Of a stretch of DNA of 62,909 nucleotides, positions 18,951-29,055 are shown one piece after another. The notes beneath the pieces are model-generated. The model was not told the DNA's origin. It saw only the letters and a list, made by a program, of their open reading frames with translations, and searched no databases. Positions within the stretch are counted from its first letter, which is position 1, and every line of letters begins with the position of its first letter. Source of the stretch: Candidatus Nanohaloarchaea archaeon (lineage in GTDB: Archaea > Nanohalarchaeota > Nanosalinia > Nanosalinales > Nanosalinaceae); assembly GCA_014297435.1 (NCBI GenBank), contig JACOQA010000005.1:1-62909 (forward strand), in the 5' to 3' direction. The translations under genes and the position numbers were made by a program.

Positions 18951-21900
18951 CTAAAAGCCAGGGTCGGAGAAGCTTGGTTCATAGAGCTTATCAGCAGATG
19001 CTGAAACCCAGTAACCATCGCCTGGATTTACTTCAGCTACTGATTTGAAGCTGCCTGAACCATCTTTCTCAACGATTTGGTTTACGTTATTGCTTGCTGT
19101 ATTCGGATCAAGACCTACATCGGAGAGGGGTTCTTCAGTTATTTCCTCGTAATGCCCTACGAGATTCCACCGACCTTTCTCAATAGAAACTCCTGAAGGA
19201 CTCATCGCATCCCTGTCTCCCTGATCTACATTCGCGACAATCTTCCCGTCCTCGGATGCTTCAAGGATGTATCCATGTCCTCCTTCGACCATGTTGAAAT
19301 CGTTCTGACCGTTGTTTCTTCCCGGTTTGTAGCTCTCCCATTCTCCATTACTGTACCTCCAGATAGATTCGATGCTGCCGGAGTTGCTGACTAGTTCGTC
19401 AAGGCTGTAAATCCCGACCTTACTTGGGAACGAAACCATGTTAGTGCCACCACTGTACTTGATTACGGGGTCTGCCGCATCTATCGTTTCTATGGGATCC
19501 TTAGTTCTGGAGGGCAGAGAGTTTCCTGCAAGATCCTCAACATCGCCCGCCTCACTATGGTATAAACCGCTGCCATCAGGGATTGTTGTTAAAGGAAACT
19601 GTTTTTCGGAAGATAGACGGATCTGAATCTTGTTATCATCCTCTGTGGCGCCTGTCGCTACTTCTACTCCCTGACCATCTGATCCATGACCATGATACTC
19701 AGTTCCTCCTTTAGCGAAATACAAGGTATAGGGAGTAATCACGCTGTCGTCAACTGCTTCACTGAACGTGATGTTAGCCGCATCTATCCGGCCGTTCCTG
19801 TCCCTGTCAAGCACCTTAACTGCAGTTACTGAAGGATTCACAGTGTCGACAGTGAATTCCTTGCTGGATGTCCTGCTGTTGCCGAGACTGTCGGCCACAG
19901 TGACTGAGATATTGACATCGCCTTCAGTCAGATTTATTTCGCTGGATTCTTCAGTTAAACCCTTTAGATTGATATCCGCTGCATAGACGCGCTCATTAGA
20001 AATCACATCTACATAATTGCTGTTTGGAGTGACTGAATCAAGCTCCGGGCCGTCTTCGGTGTTTGAATCATTAACAGTCACTTCAATCGAGTCTGCGTCA
20101 ATTGAGCCAAGCGTAGTCCTTAATCCGACGAGTGGAGTGGGCGAATCATCAGTAACGTACTTGATGTCCCCATATTCGATTGAGGGTGCTTCGCTGTCTG
20201 CAGTTGCCGAAACCGTGCTTGAGTTAACTGCATTTCCTGCATCGTCGACAACTTCTACCTTGTAAGTGTACTGAGTGTTGTGAGTTGTTTCTGTGTCTGT
20301 GAAGGTTCCTGCCGAACTCTTAGTTCCAACACTTGAGTACTCTCCACTGGAGGTTTTCCTGTAAACGTTGAAACTGTCTACTTCAGCGGAGTCGGTTGAG
20401 CTGCTGAATGCTACATCGATCTCTCCATCTACCTTAGCTGTTGCTGAACTAGCTGAGACAGTTGGAAGATTGTTGTCAACCGAAACTGATCCGTTGACAT
20501 CCGCCGAATCAGGGTTTGTCTGACCGTCTTCAGCTGTTACCTGGAAGCTAATTTCTTCATCTGTAGATCCATCTGCTACGGTAAAGGTTTTGCTGTAACT
20601 GTTTCCATCTCCAGACTTCAGCTCCGTACTGTCTCCTTGGACGTTTAGACCTTTTAAATCGGCTGAAACCGAGCTTACCGAACTTGTCTCGTCTTCTACA
20701 GTGAAAGCTGAAACCTCGAACTCGTCGCCAGGGTTCAAAATCCCGTTATCGTTCTGATCGCTTGTGATTACAACTTCCGGACTTGTAATCTCCGGAGGGG
20801 TCGTGTCAACTGTGAAACTGGATGAATACTCGGTGTTTTCATTACCTGCGTTGTCAGTGGCGTCAACTGTTACCTGTGCCTGTCCATCAGACATCTCAAA
20901 CGAGTCCTCTCCATTTGCTGGATTGATAGTTAATGTTCCTGCACTGCTGTCCCAGCTTAGAGTTGAAAGCCCTGTACCAGATGCGCCGATATGATTTGTT
21001 CCTTCACCGTCTTCCAGCGTCACTGAAATAGAACTTTCATCGACTCCGGAAGTAGGTTCCGTCACATCTACGGTGTAAGTTGCCTGATTATCAGTGACAA
21101 TCGCTCCATCAGAAGGACTTGGATTCTCTATTGTAGGAGCAGTTGTGTCGCGAGTTACTGTTGCTTCTTCAGATTCTGCTCCATCATTTCCAGCAATATC
21201 TTCTGCTGTGTTCAGGGTTGCTGTATAATCCCCATCTGCTGAAGCAGAATAAGTTGCCTCATATGTATATTCGCCGCTTGCTGAACTCCAAGAGGATACT
21301 GTACCAGTTTCAGCACCTGAGATGCTGGCTGAAATCTGTCCAGTGTTCAATTCTTCATCTGCTGCAACCTGAAGTGTAAGAGATCCACCATTGGTTGGAT
21401 CGCTGTTCTTGAATTGGAAAGTTTCAATAGTTGGAGCAACTCCGTCCATATTATTGGCGGTAACTGTATTTTCATCGCCGTCTGAGAGCGTGTTGCCTGC
21501 AACATCTTTAATTCCATCATTTGATTGAAGGCTTACATCGACTGATGAGGCGTCTACAGGCCCTGTCAAAGTTATAGTCACCTCGGCATTAGAACCTGAG
21601 TCCGTTACATCTATACTTGAGATTGAACCTGTACTCAGCTGCAAATCTTCCTTTACGATTGAGCCTTCATCGACATCATTATTGTCGCTGACAACGAGAT
21701 CAATCTTTGTATCCGAATTTCTGGTTGCGCTATCCAGAGTCGGTGCTTGATTGTCAATAGTTGCTGTTGTAGAAGAATCAGGGCTTGAAAGGTCATCTCC
21801 GTCACTCAAAGCTGAGCCTTGCTGAATTACTACCACGTCAGCGGCGCCCACCGAAGCACCACTGGGGACATTCAGACTGGTGAAGGTAACTCCCGTATCT

Positions 21901-22163
21901 GAATTTATATCGCCAGAAGAAACAGTGGTTGTCGTATCTGTGGCACTATCATACTGTCCATCTTGGTCTACATCAAGTGCTATCTGAACATCTGTGTTCT
22001 GATCATCTACATCAAATGTGCCGCTTATTGAATCTCCTGGAGCAACCAGCGAACTATCAAGAGAAAGTGAACTTGCGGTTGCAGCCGAGAATCCTGTTAG
22101 GAAAAGTAGTGTTAGAGTTGCGAAAAGCATTTTACATATGTGTGAGGCGTTAGAGTTTGTCAT
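18951..22163 (-). CDS. Large secreted Ig-like/FN3 repeat surface protein (1070 aa)
   Basis: Signal peptide; repeated D.AGN...VDT.AP Big-domain ends; FN3 (VYRK...YTYKVEVVD); Dx[DN]xDG loops. Confidence 0.85.
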   Translation of the reverse strand: MTNSNASHICKMLFATLTLLFLTGFSAATASSLSLDSSLVAPGDSISGTFDVDDQNTDVQIALDVDQDGQYDSATDTTTTVSSGDINSDTGVTFTSLNVPSGASVGAADVVVIQQGSALSDGDDLSSPDSSTTATIDNQAPTLDSATRNSDTKIDLVVSDNNDVDEGSIVKEDLQLSTGSISSIDVTDSGSNAEVTITLTGPVDASSVDVSLQSNDGIKDVAGNTLSDGDENTVTANNMDGVAPTIETFQFKNSDPTNGGSLTLQVAADEELNTGQISASISGAETGTVSSWSSASGEYTYEATYSASADGDYTATLNTAEDIAGNDGAESEEATVTRDTTAPTIENPSPSDGAIVTDNQATYTVDVTEPTSGVDESSISVTLEDGEGTNHIGASGTGLSTLSWDSSAGTLTINPANGEDSFEMSDGQAQVTVDATDNAGNENTEYSSSFTVDTTPPEITSPEVVITSDQNDNGILNPGDEFEVSAFTVEDETSSVSSVSADLKGLNVQGDSTELKSGDGNSYSKTFTVADGSTDEEISFQVTAEDGQTNPDSADVNGSVSVDNNLPTVSASSATAKVDGEIDVAFSSSTDSAEVDSFNVYRKTSSGEYSSVGTKSSAGTFTDTETTHNTQYTYKVEVVDDAGNAVNSSTVSATADSEAPSIEYGDIKYVTDDSPTPLVGLRTTLGSIDADSIEVTVNDSNTEDGPELDSVTPNSNYVDVISNERVYAADINLKGLTEESSEINLTEGDVNISVTVADSLGNSRTSSKEFTVDTVNPSVTAVKVLDRDRNGRIDAANITFSEAVDDSVITPYTLYFAKGGTEYHGHGSDGQGVEVATGATEDDNKIQIRLSSEKQFPLTTIPDGSGLYHSEAGDVEDLAGNSLPSRTKDPIETIDAADPVIKYSGGTNMVSFPSKVGIYSLDELVSNSGSIESIWRYSNGEWESYKPGRNNGQNDFNMVEGGHGYILEASEDGKIVANVDQGDRDAMSPSGVSIEKGRWNLVGHYEEITEEPLSDVGLDPNTASNNVNQIVEKDGSGSFKSVAEVNPGDGYWVSASADKLYEPSFSDPGF

Positions 22164-22685
22164 CGTGGTGTATCAACCTCCGTTGGAGAATAGTTGCCTT
22201 TAGACATAGATATTGAAAAATGAGTTTTGTTACTAGTTTTAATGTTTTGGTGTTCGCTTTTCGGTTTGTTTTGGGTGAAAACACCTGAGAACGGTTTTTG
22301 CATATACTACTTCGTATTTCCGGTGTTTTGAGAGAAAAATTTGACCGGTTTCAGAAGTTTTCAGCCGCGATTTTTCTGTTTTCAAGAGTTTCTGAACTGT
22401 TAATAAGGCTTTCTAAGGATAAAGAGTTACTACATGCCAGGATTTATCCTGTCGAATTGTAGAGCGGACAGGATTTGTTGGTGTTTAGATAGTTCCGAGC
22501 TATGAGAGAGGTATGTTTAGGAGGGGCTTTTGATTCTGAGGGAAGAGAAAAGGTATGATGCAGGGAGGGACTTATTGGACTTAATGGAGGAAGAGTCAGA
22601 GAGGGTGTTGGAAAGATAAAAATAGGCGCCCATAAAAACACTTTAATCGCAAAATTCAAGTTCCAACTTTCACAAATTCTTCGAG

Positions 22686-23372
22686 ATGGCTAATCCCTTC
22701 GCTGACATGATAAGACTTAATACTGCCGCATTAAACGTTGCAACCGCGCAAATGAAGGATTTTAACGGGGATCCGGAGCTTCCTTTTGAAACCGACTTGG
22801 AAGGAATTTACTCACACAAGGAAGACGCAGATAAACTAAGGATTTACGCCCACGGATTACAGGAGAACTGTTTTGCATGGGAAGACCATATTGGGAAAGT
22901 GTCTGATGATGTAAGTCACTGGGCTGTCAGCTTTGATTCTAACCGACCTTGGGAGATGGCGAAAACTTATGGAGAGTTCGTTGAACAGGTCCAGGAGTTT
23001 ACGGGTATCGAGGATTACGATGCAGTAGCGCATTCTCTAGGAGGTCTGGCGGTACACGAATACTTTGAAGATACGGATAACTTGCCTGAAAACGCGGTTC
23101 TTCTAGGTTCGCCGTTTGACGGTTCAAGACTTGGAGTCGGTTTCCTAGATTCTGAGTCTGAGTATCTTGACCGTTTCGACTCTACGGTTGAAGATGTGGA
23201 GGTATACACTGTGAGAGGCAGTGATGATCCGAGCTACAGAAGCAATCCCGAAAGTCCTTTACTGGATGGAGCGAACGTTATCGATCTTGAAGAAAGCCAT
23301 CACGGTATAAGAGATTCGGAAGAAGCAGTCCAGCTTGTCGATGAAATACTTCAAAGACCTTATCAGCAATAG
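22686..23372 (+). CDS. Alpha/beta hydrolase (lipase/esterase-like)
   Basis: AHSLGG nucleophile elbow, LLGSPFDGS, C-terminal His. Confidence 0.85.
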   Translation: MANPFADMIRLNTAALNVATAQMKDFNGDPELPFETDLEGIYSHKEDADKLRIYAHGLQENCFAWEDHIGKVSDDVSHWAVSFDSNRPWEMAKTYGEFVEQVQEFTGIEDYDAVAHSLGGLAVHEYFEDTDNLPENAVLLGSPFDGSRLGVGFLDSESEYLDRFDSTVEDVEVYTVRGSDDPSYRSNPESPLLDGANVIDLEESHHGIRDSEEAVQLVDEILQRPYQQ

Positions 23373-23388
23373 AGCATAATAAAGTTCT

Positions 23389-24165
23389 ATGAATATTCTG
23401 GTAGCCGGCAAAGGCTTCATAGGGCAGAAAATAGGAGAAAAACTCGAGCAAGAACACGAAGTAAAGTACTTGGATCGTTCAGACGCAGACGTTGAACACG
23501 ATGTGACGGAAGAGTTTGATATAGAGGAAGAGTTCGATGTGGTCTACCATACTATTGGTTTAGCGCCCGGCTTCTTCGAAGAAGAACAGTACAGAAAGGT
23601 GCACGTCGAAGGAACCAGGAACATCGTGGATGCTGTCGATGCGGAGAAAATAGTTTACATCAGTGCGTTGAACGCCGGTGAGGTCGAACACAGCTTCATG
23701 CAGACCAAGAAACAGGCAGAAGAGATAATTCAAGAATCAGGGATGGACTATACTATAGTAAGGCCCTCGACCGTTTACGGTAAGGGAAACAAGCTTCTGG
23801 ACATGATGAGGAAAACTGCGCGTACAAGGATCTTCCCGGACATCAAAACAGAGACTCAGCCCATACTGCGCGAAAACCTGATAGATCTTTTTGTTGAAGT
23901 GGCTGAAGGACACGAAAACGAAGTGATTAACGCAGCGGGACCGGAGAAAATTTCTGTAGGAAGAATGGCTGGAAAGATTTACGCGGAAGAAGGCTACAGC
24001 TGTGTATTGGTTCCTTATCCGCAGTTTCTTCTGGGGTGGAAACTTGTTGGTCTAAGCTTTCTGCCGCCGCCTTTCCAGAAAGAAAACGTACAGCTTTTGA
24101 GAGCCGGGAACACAACGGACAGGAACGATGCCGCGGAGATTATAGAGTTGCATAGTGTTTTCTAG
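23389..24165 (+). CDS. NAD-dependent epimerase/dehydratase (atypical SDR)
   Basis: ILVAGKGFIG, YISAL, IVRPSTVYG. Confidence 0.88.
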   Translation: MNILVAGKGFIGQKIGEKLEQEHEVKYLDRSDADVEHDVTEEFDIEEEFDVVYHTIGLAPGFFEEEQYRKVHVEGTRNIVDAVDAEKIVYISALNAGEVEHSFMQTKKQAEEIIQESGMDYTIVRPSTVYGKGNKLLDMMRKTARTRIFPDIKTETQPILRENLIDLFVEVAEGHENEVINAAGPEKISVGRMAGKIYAEEGYSCVLVPYPQFLLGWKLVGLSFLPPPFQKENVQLLRAGNTTDRNDAAEIIELHSVF

Positions 24166-24228
24166 CGGAACTTCCGGCACTCTCCGTCCCGGTCACGCTA
24201 CTTAACCTTTTCGCATAACCATTGGTTG

Positions 24229-24816
24229 ATGGAAAAACTGCTGGTCGAATTCAGTCCTGAAATAGTCGAAGGAATTAACCTGGTGGCGGGAGAACCTGAC
24301 TTCCAGTCGCTTCTCGGAAAAAAGCTTGAAAGGGAGGCAGTATGGATAGACTCAGGTAGCCAGGCATCCACGTATCGACTGGCAGCGGCTGGAGGAGAGA
24401 AAATACTGGAAAAAGTGTATATTGGAAGAGCCTTTACAGCTTTACAGCACTACTGGCTGTGCCAACGCCTCGAAGAGTTCGTAACGGAAGAAACAGAGAT
24501 ACTGGTTATTCCATCGCTCAACCTTCTATACGAGGAAGCCCAGATATCTTCGGAAGAGTCTGAAGAACTATTCAAACAGACACTAACCGAGATAAAACGA
24601 GTAAGGGAAAAATACAATCTTAAAGTACTTGTTTCTCTGGTAGATGGCTCTCTGAGGTTCATGTTAGAATATAAAAACCGTATAGAGATGGAAAGTACTT
24701 CTGAAGGACGAAAAACAGGTGAACAGCACTTTTACAGGAAAGGAATGCAGTTACAGACCACTATACCTTATTGGCATAGCAGAAAAACCGAAGAAATCAA
24801 GCTCGAGACTGTCTAA
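24229..24816 (+). CDS. Inactivated RadA/RecA-like protein associated with PolB2
   Basis: WIDSG...IGRAFTALQH motif, no Walker A; first gene of PolB2 operon. Confidence 0.8.
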   Translation: MEKLLVEFSPEIVEGINLVAGEPDFQSLLGKKLEREAVWIDSGSQASTYRLAAAGGEKILEKVYIGRAFTALQHYWLCQRLEEFVTEETEILVIPSLNLLYEEAQISSEESEELFKQTLTEIKRVREKYNLKVLVSLVDGSLRFMLEYKNRIEMESTSEGRKTGEQHFYRKGMQLQTTIPYWHSRKTEEIKLETV

Positions 24817-24817
24817 A

Positions 24818-25069
24818 ATGGGGAGAACCAACTCAACCTACCGTAACCACTTAGACGAACTGATCAACCGTTTCAAACCTTTCAGGAAAGCTTTGAGGAA
24901 GGAAAACCGGAAGCATCTCGACACGCTTTGGGAGCATGTCCACAGTTTTGCTTCGGCAGGCGACTACATGAACGCATCAAACCCGGTATTTCCCGCACTG
25001 ATTTCGATAATGATAGGTCAGCAGAAGAAAATCTCCGAACTCGAAAAGAGGATCGAAGAGCTGGAGTAA
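24818..25069 (+). CDS. Small helical PolB2-associated protein (arCOG07300-like)
   Basis: MGRTNSTYR...FRKALR...LWEH; position directly upstream of polB2. Confidence 0.82.
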   Translation: MGRTNSTYRNHLDELINRFKPFRKALRKENRKHLDTLWEHVHSFASAGDYMNASNPVFPALISIMIGQQKKISELEKRIEELE

Positions 25070-25070
25070 A

Positions 25071-27122
25071 ATGGTTTTCAATATCGACTTCTGTTCCGGA
25101 AAACCTGTAGAATGGAGCAAACAAAACGGAAAACCGGTAAAAAGAAAGATTAGAGATTACAGACCGCGTTTCTATGTAAACGGCTCGAAGAAAGACTTGG
25201 TTAAACTCAGGAAGGATGTTGCAGCTAAAGAAGGTGTCAAATCTACTTGTTTCGAATTCTGGAAACCGGATCCATCTTTTTACGAAAAACAGGAAGTTCT
25301 GAGAATCGACTGTTCTTCTGAACCCTCTCTGAAGAAAACAGCCTACTTTATAGCTCGAAGTTACAGGAGAGGACGTTTCCGATTATACAACGTAGGGCTT
25401 TCGCCGCAGTTCCGTTACTGTCTGCAGAAAGAGATCGAACCTGTACCAAACGAACAGCTTGAAGTTATGGAGCTGGAGCTTCCGAGGAAAAACCTGGCGA
25501 ACAAACAGTTGTCCGAGCTCGAAGTTAACGGAACTAAAACTTCTGTAAATGAGCTGGAAACAAAGCTAGATTCTACTGATCCTGATATACTGATTGTTGA
25601 TAGAGGAAAGTTGCTGAAACTTTTGCAGAAAGAAATGGATCTTGGAAGGTCGAATGGTTTTGAAATGTTGGCGGGGGAAAACACTGTAAGCTCGTACGGT
25701 AAAACAGTTCATTCGAGTGCGCGCTACAACGTTCCGGGCAGGGCTTTAATCGACAAGTCGAACTCATTCCTGTACGGAGAAGCAACACTGCAAGGTCTTT
25801 GGGACCTGGTGTCAAGAAGCTACCGTCCGATCCAGGAACTTGCATGGGGAAGCATCGGCAGAATCCTAACAAGCATAGAAATAAGGAAAGCATACATCGA
25901 AAAAGATGTTCTAAAACCGTGGAAAAAGTGGAGCGGCGAGAAACCCAAGAAAGCCTCAAAGCTGCATAAAGCGGATAGAGGTGGCTTCATCTTCAACCCC
26001 GAACCTTCCATACACGAAAATGTCTATGAGGCTGACTTCGCCTCACTCTTCCCCAATATAATGATAGAGAAGAATATCAGTCCGGAAACTGTCTGCTGCG
26101 ACTGCTGCAACAACTTGAAAGTACCTGAACTAGACTTCTCGATATGTGAAAACAGGAGAGGCTTCATACCCGAGGTTCTAAAGCCGCTAGTTGAAGATAG
26201 ACAGAGAATGAAGGAAATAGTGGACGGGCTTGAGGGTAGGAAGAAGAAAGAGGTTCAAGGCTCAATCGATGCCATAAAATGGCTTCTGGTCTCCTGCTTC
26301 GGATACATGGGGCACAAACACGCGTCTTTCGGTGCGATAAGATGTCATCAAGCCATACAGGCTTTTGACAGAGAGATCATGCTCCGGACAAAGAACATGT
26401 TTGAGGAGAACGGTTACTCGGTTGCACATGGAATAATAGACAGCATCTGGGTTCAGAAACGTGAAGAACCAAAGGATTTCCAAAATCTGTGCGGAGAGAT
26501 ATCAGATGAGATCGGTATTCTTCTGGAGTCCGAACACAAGTTTGAATGGTGCGCTTTCGTACCAAGAAGCTCCTCAAAAGGCAACATAGCCACTCTAAAC
26601 CGTTACTTCGGTAAGAAAAAATCCGGAGGATTCAAGACCGCAGGTATCGAGATGGAGCAGAGATCAACTTCCAAGTTCATAAAAAACGCCCAGGAAGAGA
26701 TGATAGAAGCTCTTGACTGCAGAATGGATGCTGCAGACGTACTGAAAGTTGTTGAAAAAAGATCTGAAGAGCTTGAATCTATGAAAGTCGATCCAAAACA
26801 ACTTGTCAAAAAGAGAAGTGTTTCGAAGAAGCTTGAATCCTACAGTGTTGAGAACAGGTCTGTGGCTGCTATAAAGAGAGCTAAAAAACATGGTATTGAG
26901 GTAAAGCCAGGTCAAAACGTTAGTTACGTTGTCAGGGATGATAGAGCAAACTCATTGGATCGTTTAAGACTTGATTTCGAACTTGATACTTATGATTCGG
27001 ATTATTACAGGGAGGAGCTTTTTCGGGCAGCTGAATCAGTTCTGTCGCCGCTTGGTTGGGAGAAAGAAAGTATTGAAAGAGAAGTAAGTGGTTCGAAGCA
27101 GAAAACGCTTCGTAACCTCTAG
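25071..27122 (+). CDS. polB2: Family B DNA polymerase, PolB2 clade
   Basis: DFASLFPNIM...NISPET, KWLLVSCFGY, GIIDSIWV in place of YGDTDS; degenerate exonuclease domain. Confidence 0.92.
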   Translation: MVFNIDFCSGKPVEWSKQNGKPVKRKIRDYRPRFYVNGSKKDLVKLRKDVAAKEGVKSTCFEFWKPDPSFYEKQEVLRIDCSSEPSLKKTAYFIARSYRRGRFRLYNVGLSPQFRYCLQKEIEPVPNEQLEVMELELPRKNLANKQLSELEVNGTKTSVNELETKLDSTDPDILIVDRGKLLKLLQKEMDLGRSNGFEMLAGENTVSSYGKTVHSSARYNVPGRALIDKSNSFLYGEATLQGLWDLVSRSYRPIQELAWGSIGRILTSIEIRKAYIEKDVLKPWKKWSGEKPKKASKLHKADRGGFIFNPEPSIHENVYEADFASLFPNIMIEKNISPETVCCDCCNNLKVPELDFSICENRRGFIPEVLKPLVEDRQRMKEIVDGLEGRKKKEVQGSIDAIKWLLVSCFGYMGHKHASFGAIRCHQAIQAFDREIMLRTKNMFEENGYSVAHGIIDSIWVQKREEPKDFQNLCGEISDEIGILLESEHKFEWCAFVPRSSSKGNIATLNRYFGKKKSGGFKTAGIEMEQRSTSKFIKNAQEEMIEALDCRMDAADVLKVVEKRSEELESMKVDPKQLVKKRSVSKKLESYSVENRSVAAIKRAKKHGIEVKPGQNVSYVVRDDRANSLDRLRLDFELDTYDSDYYREELFRAAESVLSPLGWEKESIEREVSGSKQKTLRNL

Positions 27123-27742
27123 AACTTAAAGCTTCCTTCAGAAACAGTTTCGTCCAAAGGCTTTCTTCCGGAAACCTGCTCTCTTTCTTTCATTTCCTCG
27201 TTCAATTCTTCTCTTGGAGCTCTCTTACCGATCGCGACCATTGCCTCGATCTCGAATTCTTCAGGCACACCAAGCTTTTCACGGGCTTCTTCATAGTCGA
27301 ATCCCTGCATTCCGTGCACCACAAGCTCTCTTCTTGCTCCTTCTAAGGCCAGGTTTTCCCATGCTGCACCTGTGTCGAAGCTGTGGGTTCTTGATTCCTC
27401 TCCGTTGTGGTCGAAAGTTGTCTTCGAAGCCACAACCACTAGAACAGAGCCTTTCTCCGCCCAGGACCTGTTGAAATCACTTAAAAGATCCAGGAATTCT
27501 TCCCATTCTTCAGTGCCTCTTTTGGCATAGATGAAACGCCAGGACTGGTTGTTGTAGCTTGAAGGCGCCCATCGAGCTGCCTCAAACAAGGGCATGAAAT
27601 CTTCTTCGTCAAGTTCAACAGGTTTCATGCTGCGTGGAGACCAACGGGCTGGAAAGATCGGATCTATCTCGTATTCAGTATCTCTTTCTTCAAGAGCTTC
27701 TTCCGTTAAATTCTCGGAATCTTCAGTATTGTGCGGTTTCAT
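27119..27742 (-). CDS. Nitroreductase family protein
   Basis: RWSPRS, EAARWAPSSYNNQSWRF, FDTGAAW, HGMQGFD. Confidence 0.93.
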   Translation of the reverse strand: MKPHNTEDSENLTEEALEERDTEYEIDPIFPARWSPRSMKPVELDEEDFMPLFEAARWAPSSYNNQSWRFIYAKRGTEEWEEFLDLLSDFNRSWAEKGSVLVVVASKTTFDHNGEESRTHSFDTGAAWENLALEGARRELVVHGMQGFDYEEAREKLGVPEEFEIEAMVAIGKRAPREELNEEMKEREQVSGRKPLDETVSEGSFKF

Positions 27743-27835
27743 AACGTTACCCTGTTGGCTGGAGTGTTAAAAGCGGGCAGGTTTCCTTAACATAACCGTA
27801 CAACTCGTTATAAACAAGCGCGACAAACATACTGT

Positions 27836-28201
27836 ATGGTAGCTACAGAGGTTTCTGGAAGCTTCGTTCTCAAAGACAAAAACCTTCTGATGGTCAAAGA
27901 TGAGGAGACCGGCAAACTAAATATTCCCTCTGATACAGGTCAACGGGGAGAGCTGTCGGCTGACACCGCAGAAAGAGTAATCGAAGAGCACGTAGGATGC
28001 GAATGCATCGAAATGAAGTACAAGAAACGTCTAAAAACCGTATTTGAACTTGAAGGCGACGAGTATAGACTTCAGCCGTATCACGTCGAAATCGAAGGCG
28101 AACCTGAAGAAGTAGAATGGGTTCACATCGAAGAACTGGACGACAAAGAGCTTGCAACGCCTATTGAATCAATTAAGAAAGAGATAAAGGAAAGGTTCTA
28201 G
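27836..28201 (+). CDS. Degenerate NUDIX-fold protein
   Basis: GELSADTAERVIEEHVG resembles a decayed Nudix box; VEWV..EEL. Confidence 0.6.
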   Translation: MVATEVSGSFVLKDKNLLMVKDEETGKLNIPSDTGQRGELSADTAERVIEEHVGCECIEMKYKKRLKTVFELEGDEYRLQPYHVEIEGEPEEVEWVHIEELDDKELATPIESIKKEIKERF

Positions 28202-29013
28202 TTCCACGGACCGAAGTCCGGATCAACCTTCCTATCCTCTCCCTTCAATTCTCTAATTCTGTTAATTTCTTCTTCACTTAACTCGAATTCGAAAACATCT
28301 AGGTTCTGGTTAATATGTTCCTCTGAAGTGGCTTTCGGTATTGCACAGACGTTTTCCTGCTGGATCAGCCATCTGAGCGAAACTTGTGCCGGACTTTTCC
28401 CATACTTCTCTCCTATCTCTTCAAGAACCTCGTTTTTCATGACCTCTCCTCTTGCAAGAGGAGAATAAGCCGTCAGCATAACATCCATCTCTCTACATTT
28501 CTCCAGAAGCTCTTCCTGATCAAGGAAAGGATGGTATTCGACTTGGTTCGTCAGGATCTTCGTATCCGACAAATCTTGAGCTCTTTCAAGCTGTTCCGGT
28601 GTAAAGTTTGAAACACCTATGTTCTTGACTTTGCCTTCTTCAACAAGCTCATTCATCTCTTCAAGAACTGCTTCAAGGTCCATCTCCTCGAAAGGTCAGT
28701 GAATCAAAAGCAGATCTACGTAATCTGTTCTTAATTTATCAAGACTTTCGTCCACAGAATCTTTCAGATCTTTTTCGTTTAATCTGTCACGCCAGACCTT
28801 TGTAGTAAGCCAGATATCTTCTCTGTCAACATCTGATTCCTCGATCCCTTTTCCGACTTTTTTCTCGTTTTCATAGATCTGGGCGGTATCCACATGTCTA
28901 TAGCCGTTATTTAACGCGGTTTCAACTGCTTTTGTGCAGTCATCTCCTTCGGCTTGCCATGTACCGATACCGAGTTTAGGTACTTGCTCTTCATTAATTG
29001 TTACGTATTCCAT
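28198..29013 (-). pseudogene. Aldo/keto reductase interrupted by in-frame TGA
   Basis: GYRHVDTAQIY...DLLLIH*PFEEM...IGVSNF; TGA (28696-28698) replaces Trp of the conserved IHWP; both halves in one frame. Confidence 0.88.
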
Positions 29014-29055
29014 AATTCGACACCTCTCTGTGGAACACTTTTACAGCCATCAACT

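Noticed and set aside
22200-22680. Gene or ncRNA in the 480-bp intergenic gap
   Set aside because: No convincing ORF or structure; consistent with divergent promoters or eroded DNA
28696-28698. Genome-wide TGA=Trp recoding or selenocysteine
   Set aside because: TGG encodes Trp throughout and TGA ends many genes (nmd3, rio1, carbamoyltransferase); the site is a Trp, not a Cys, position
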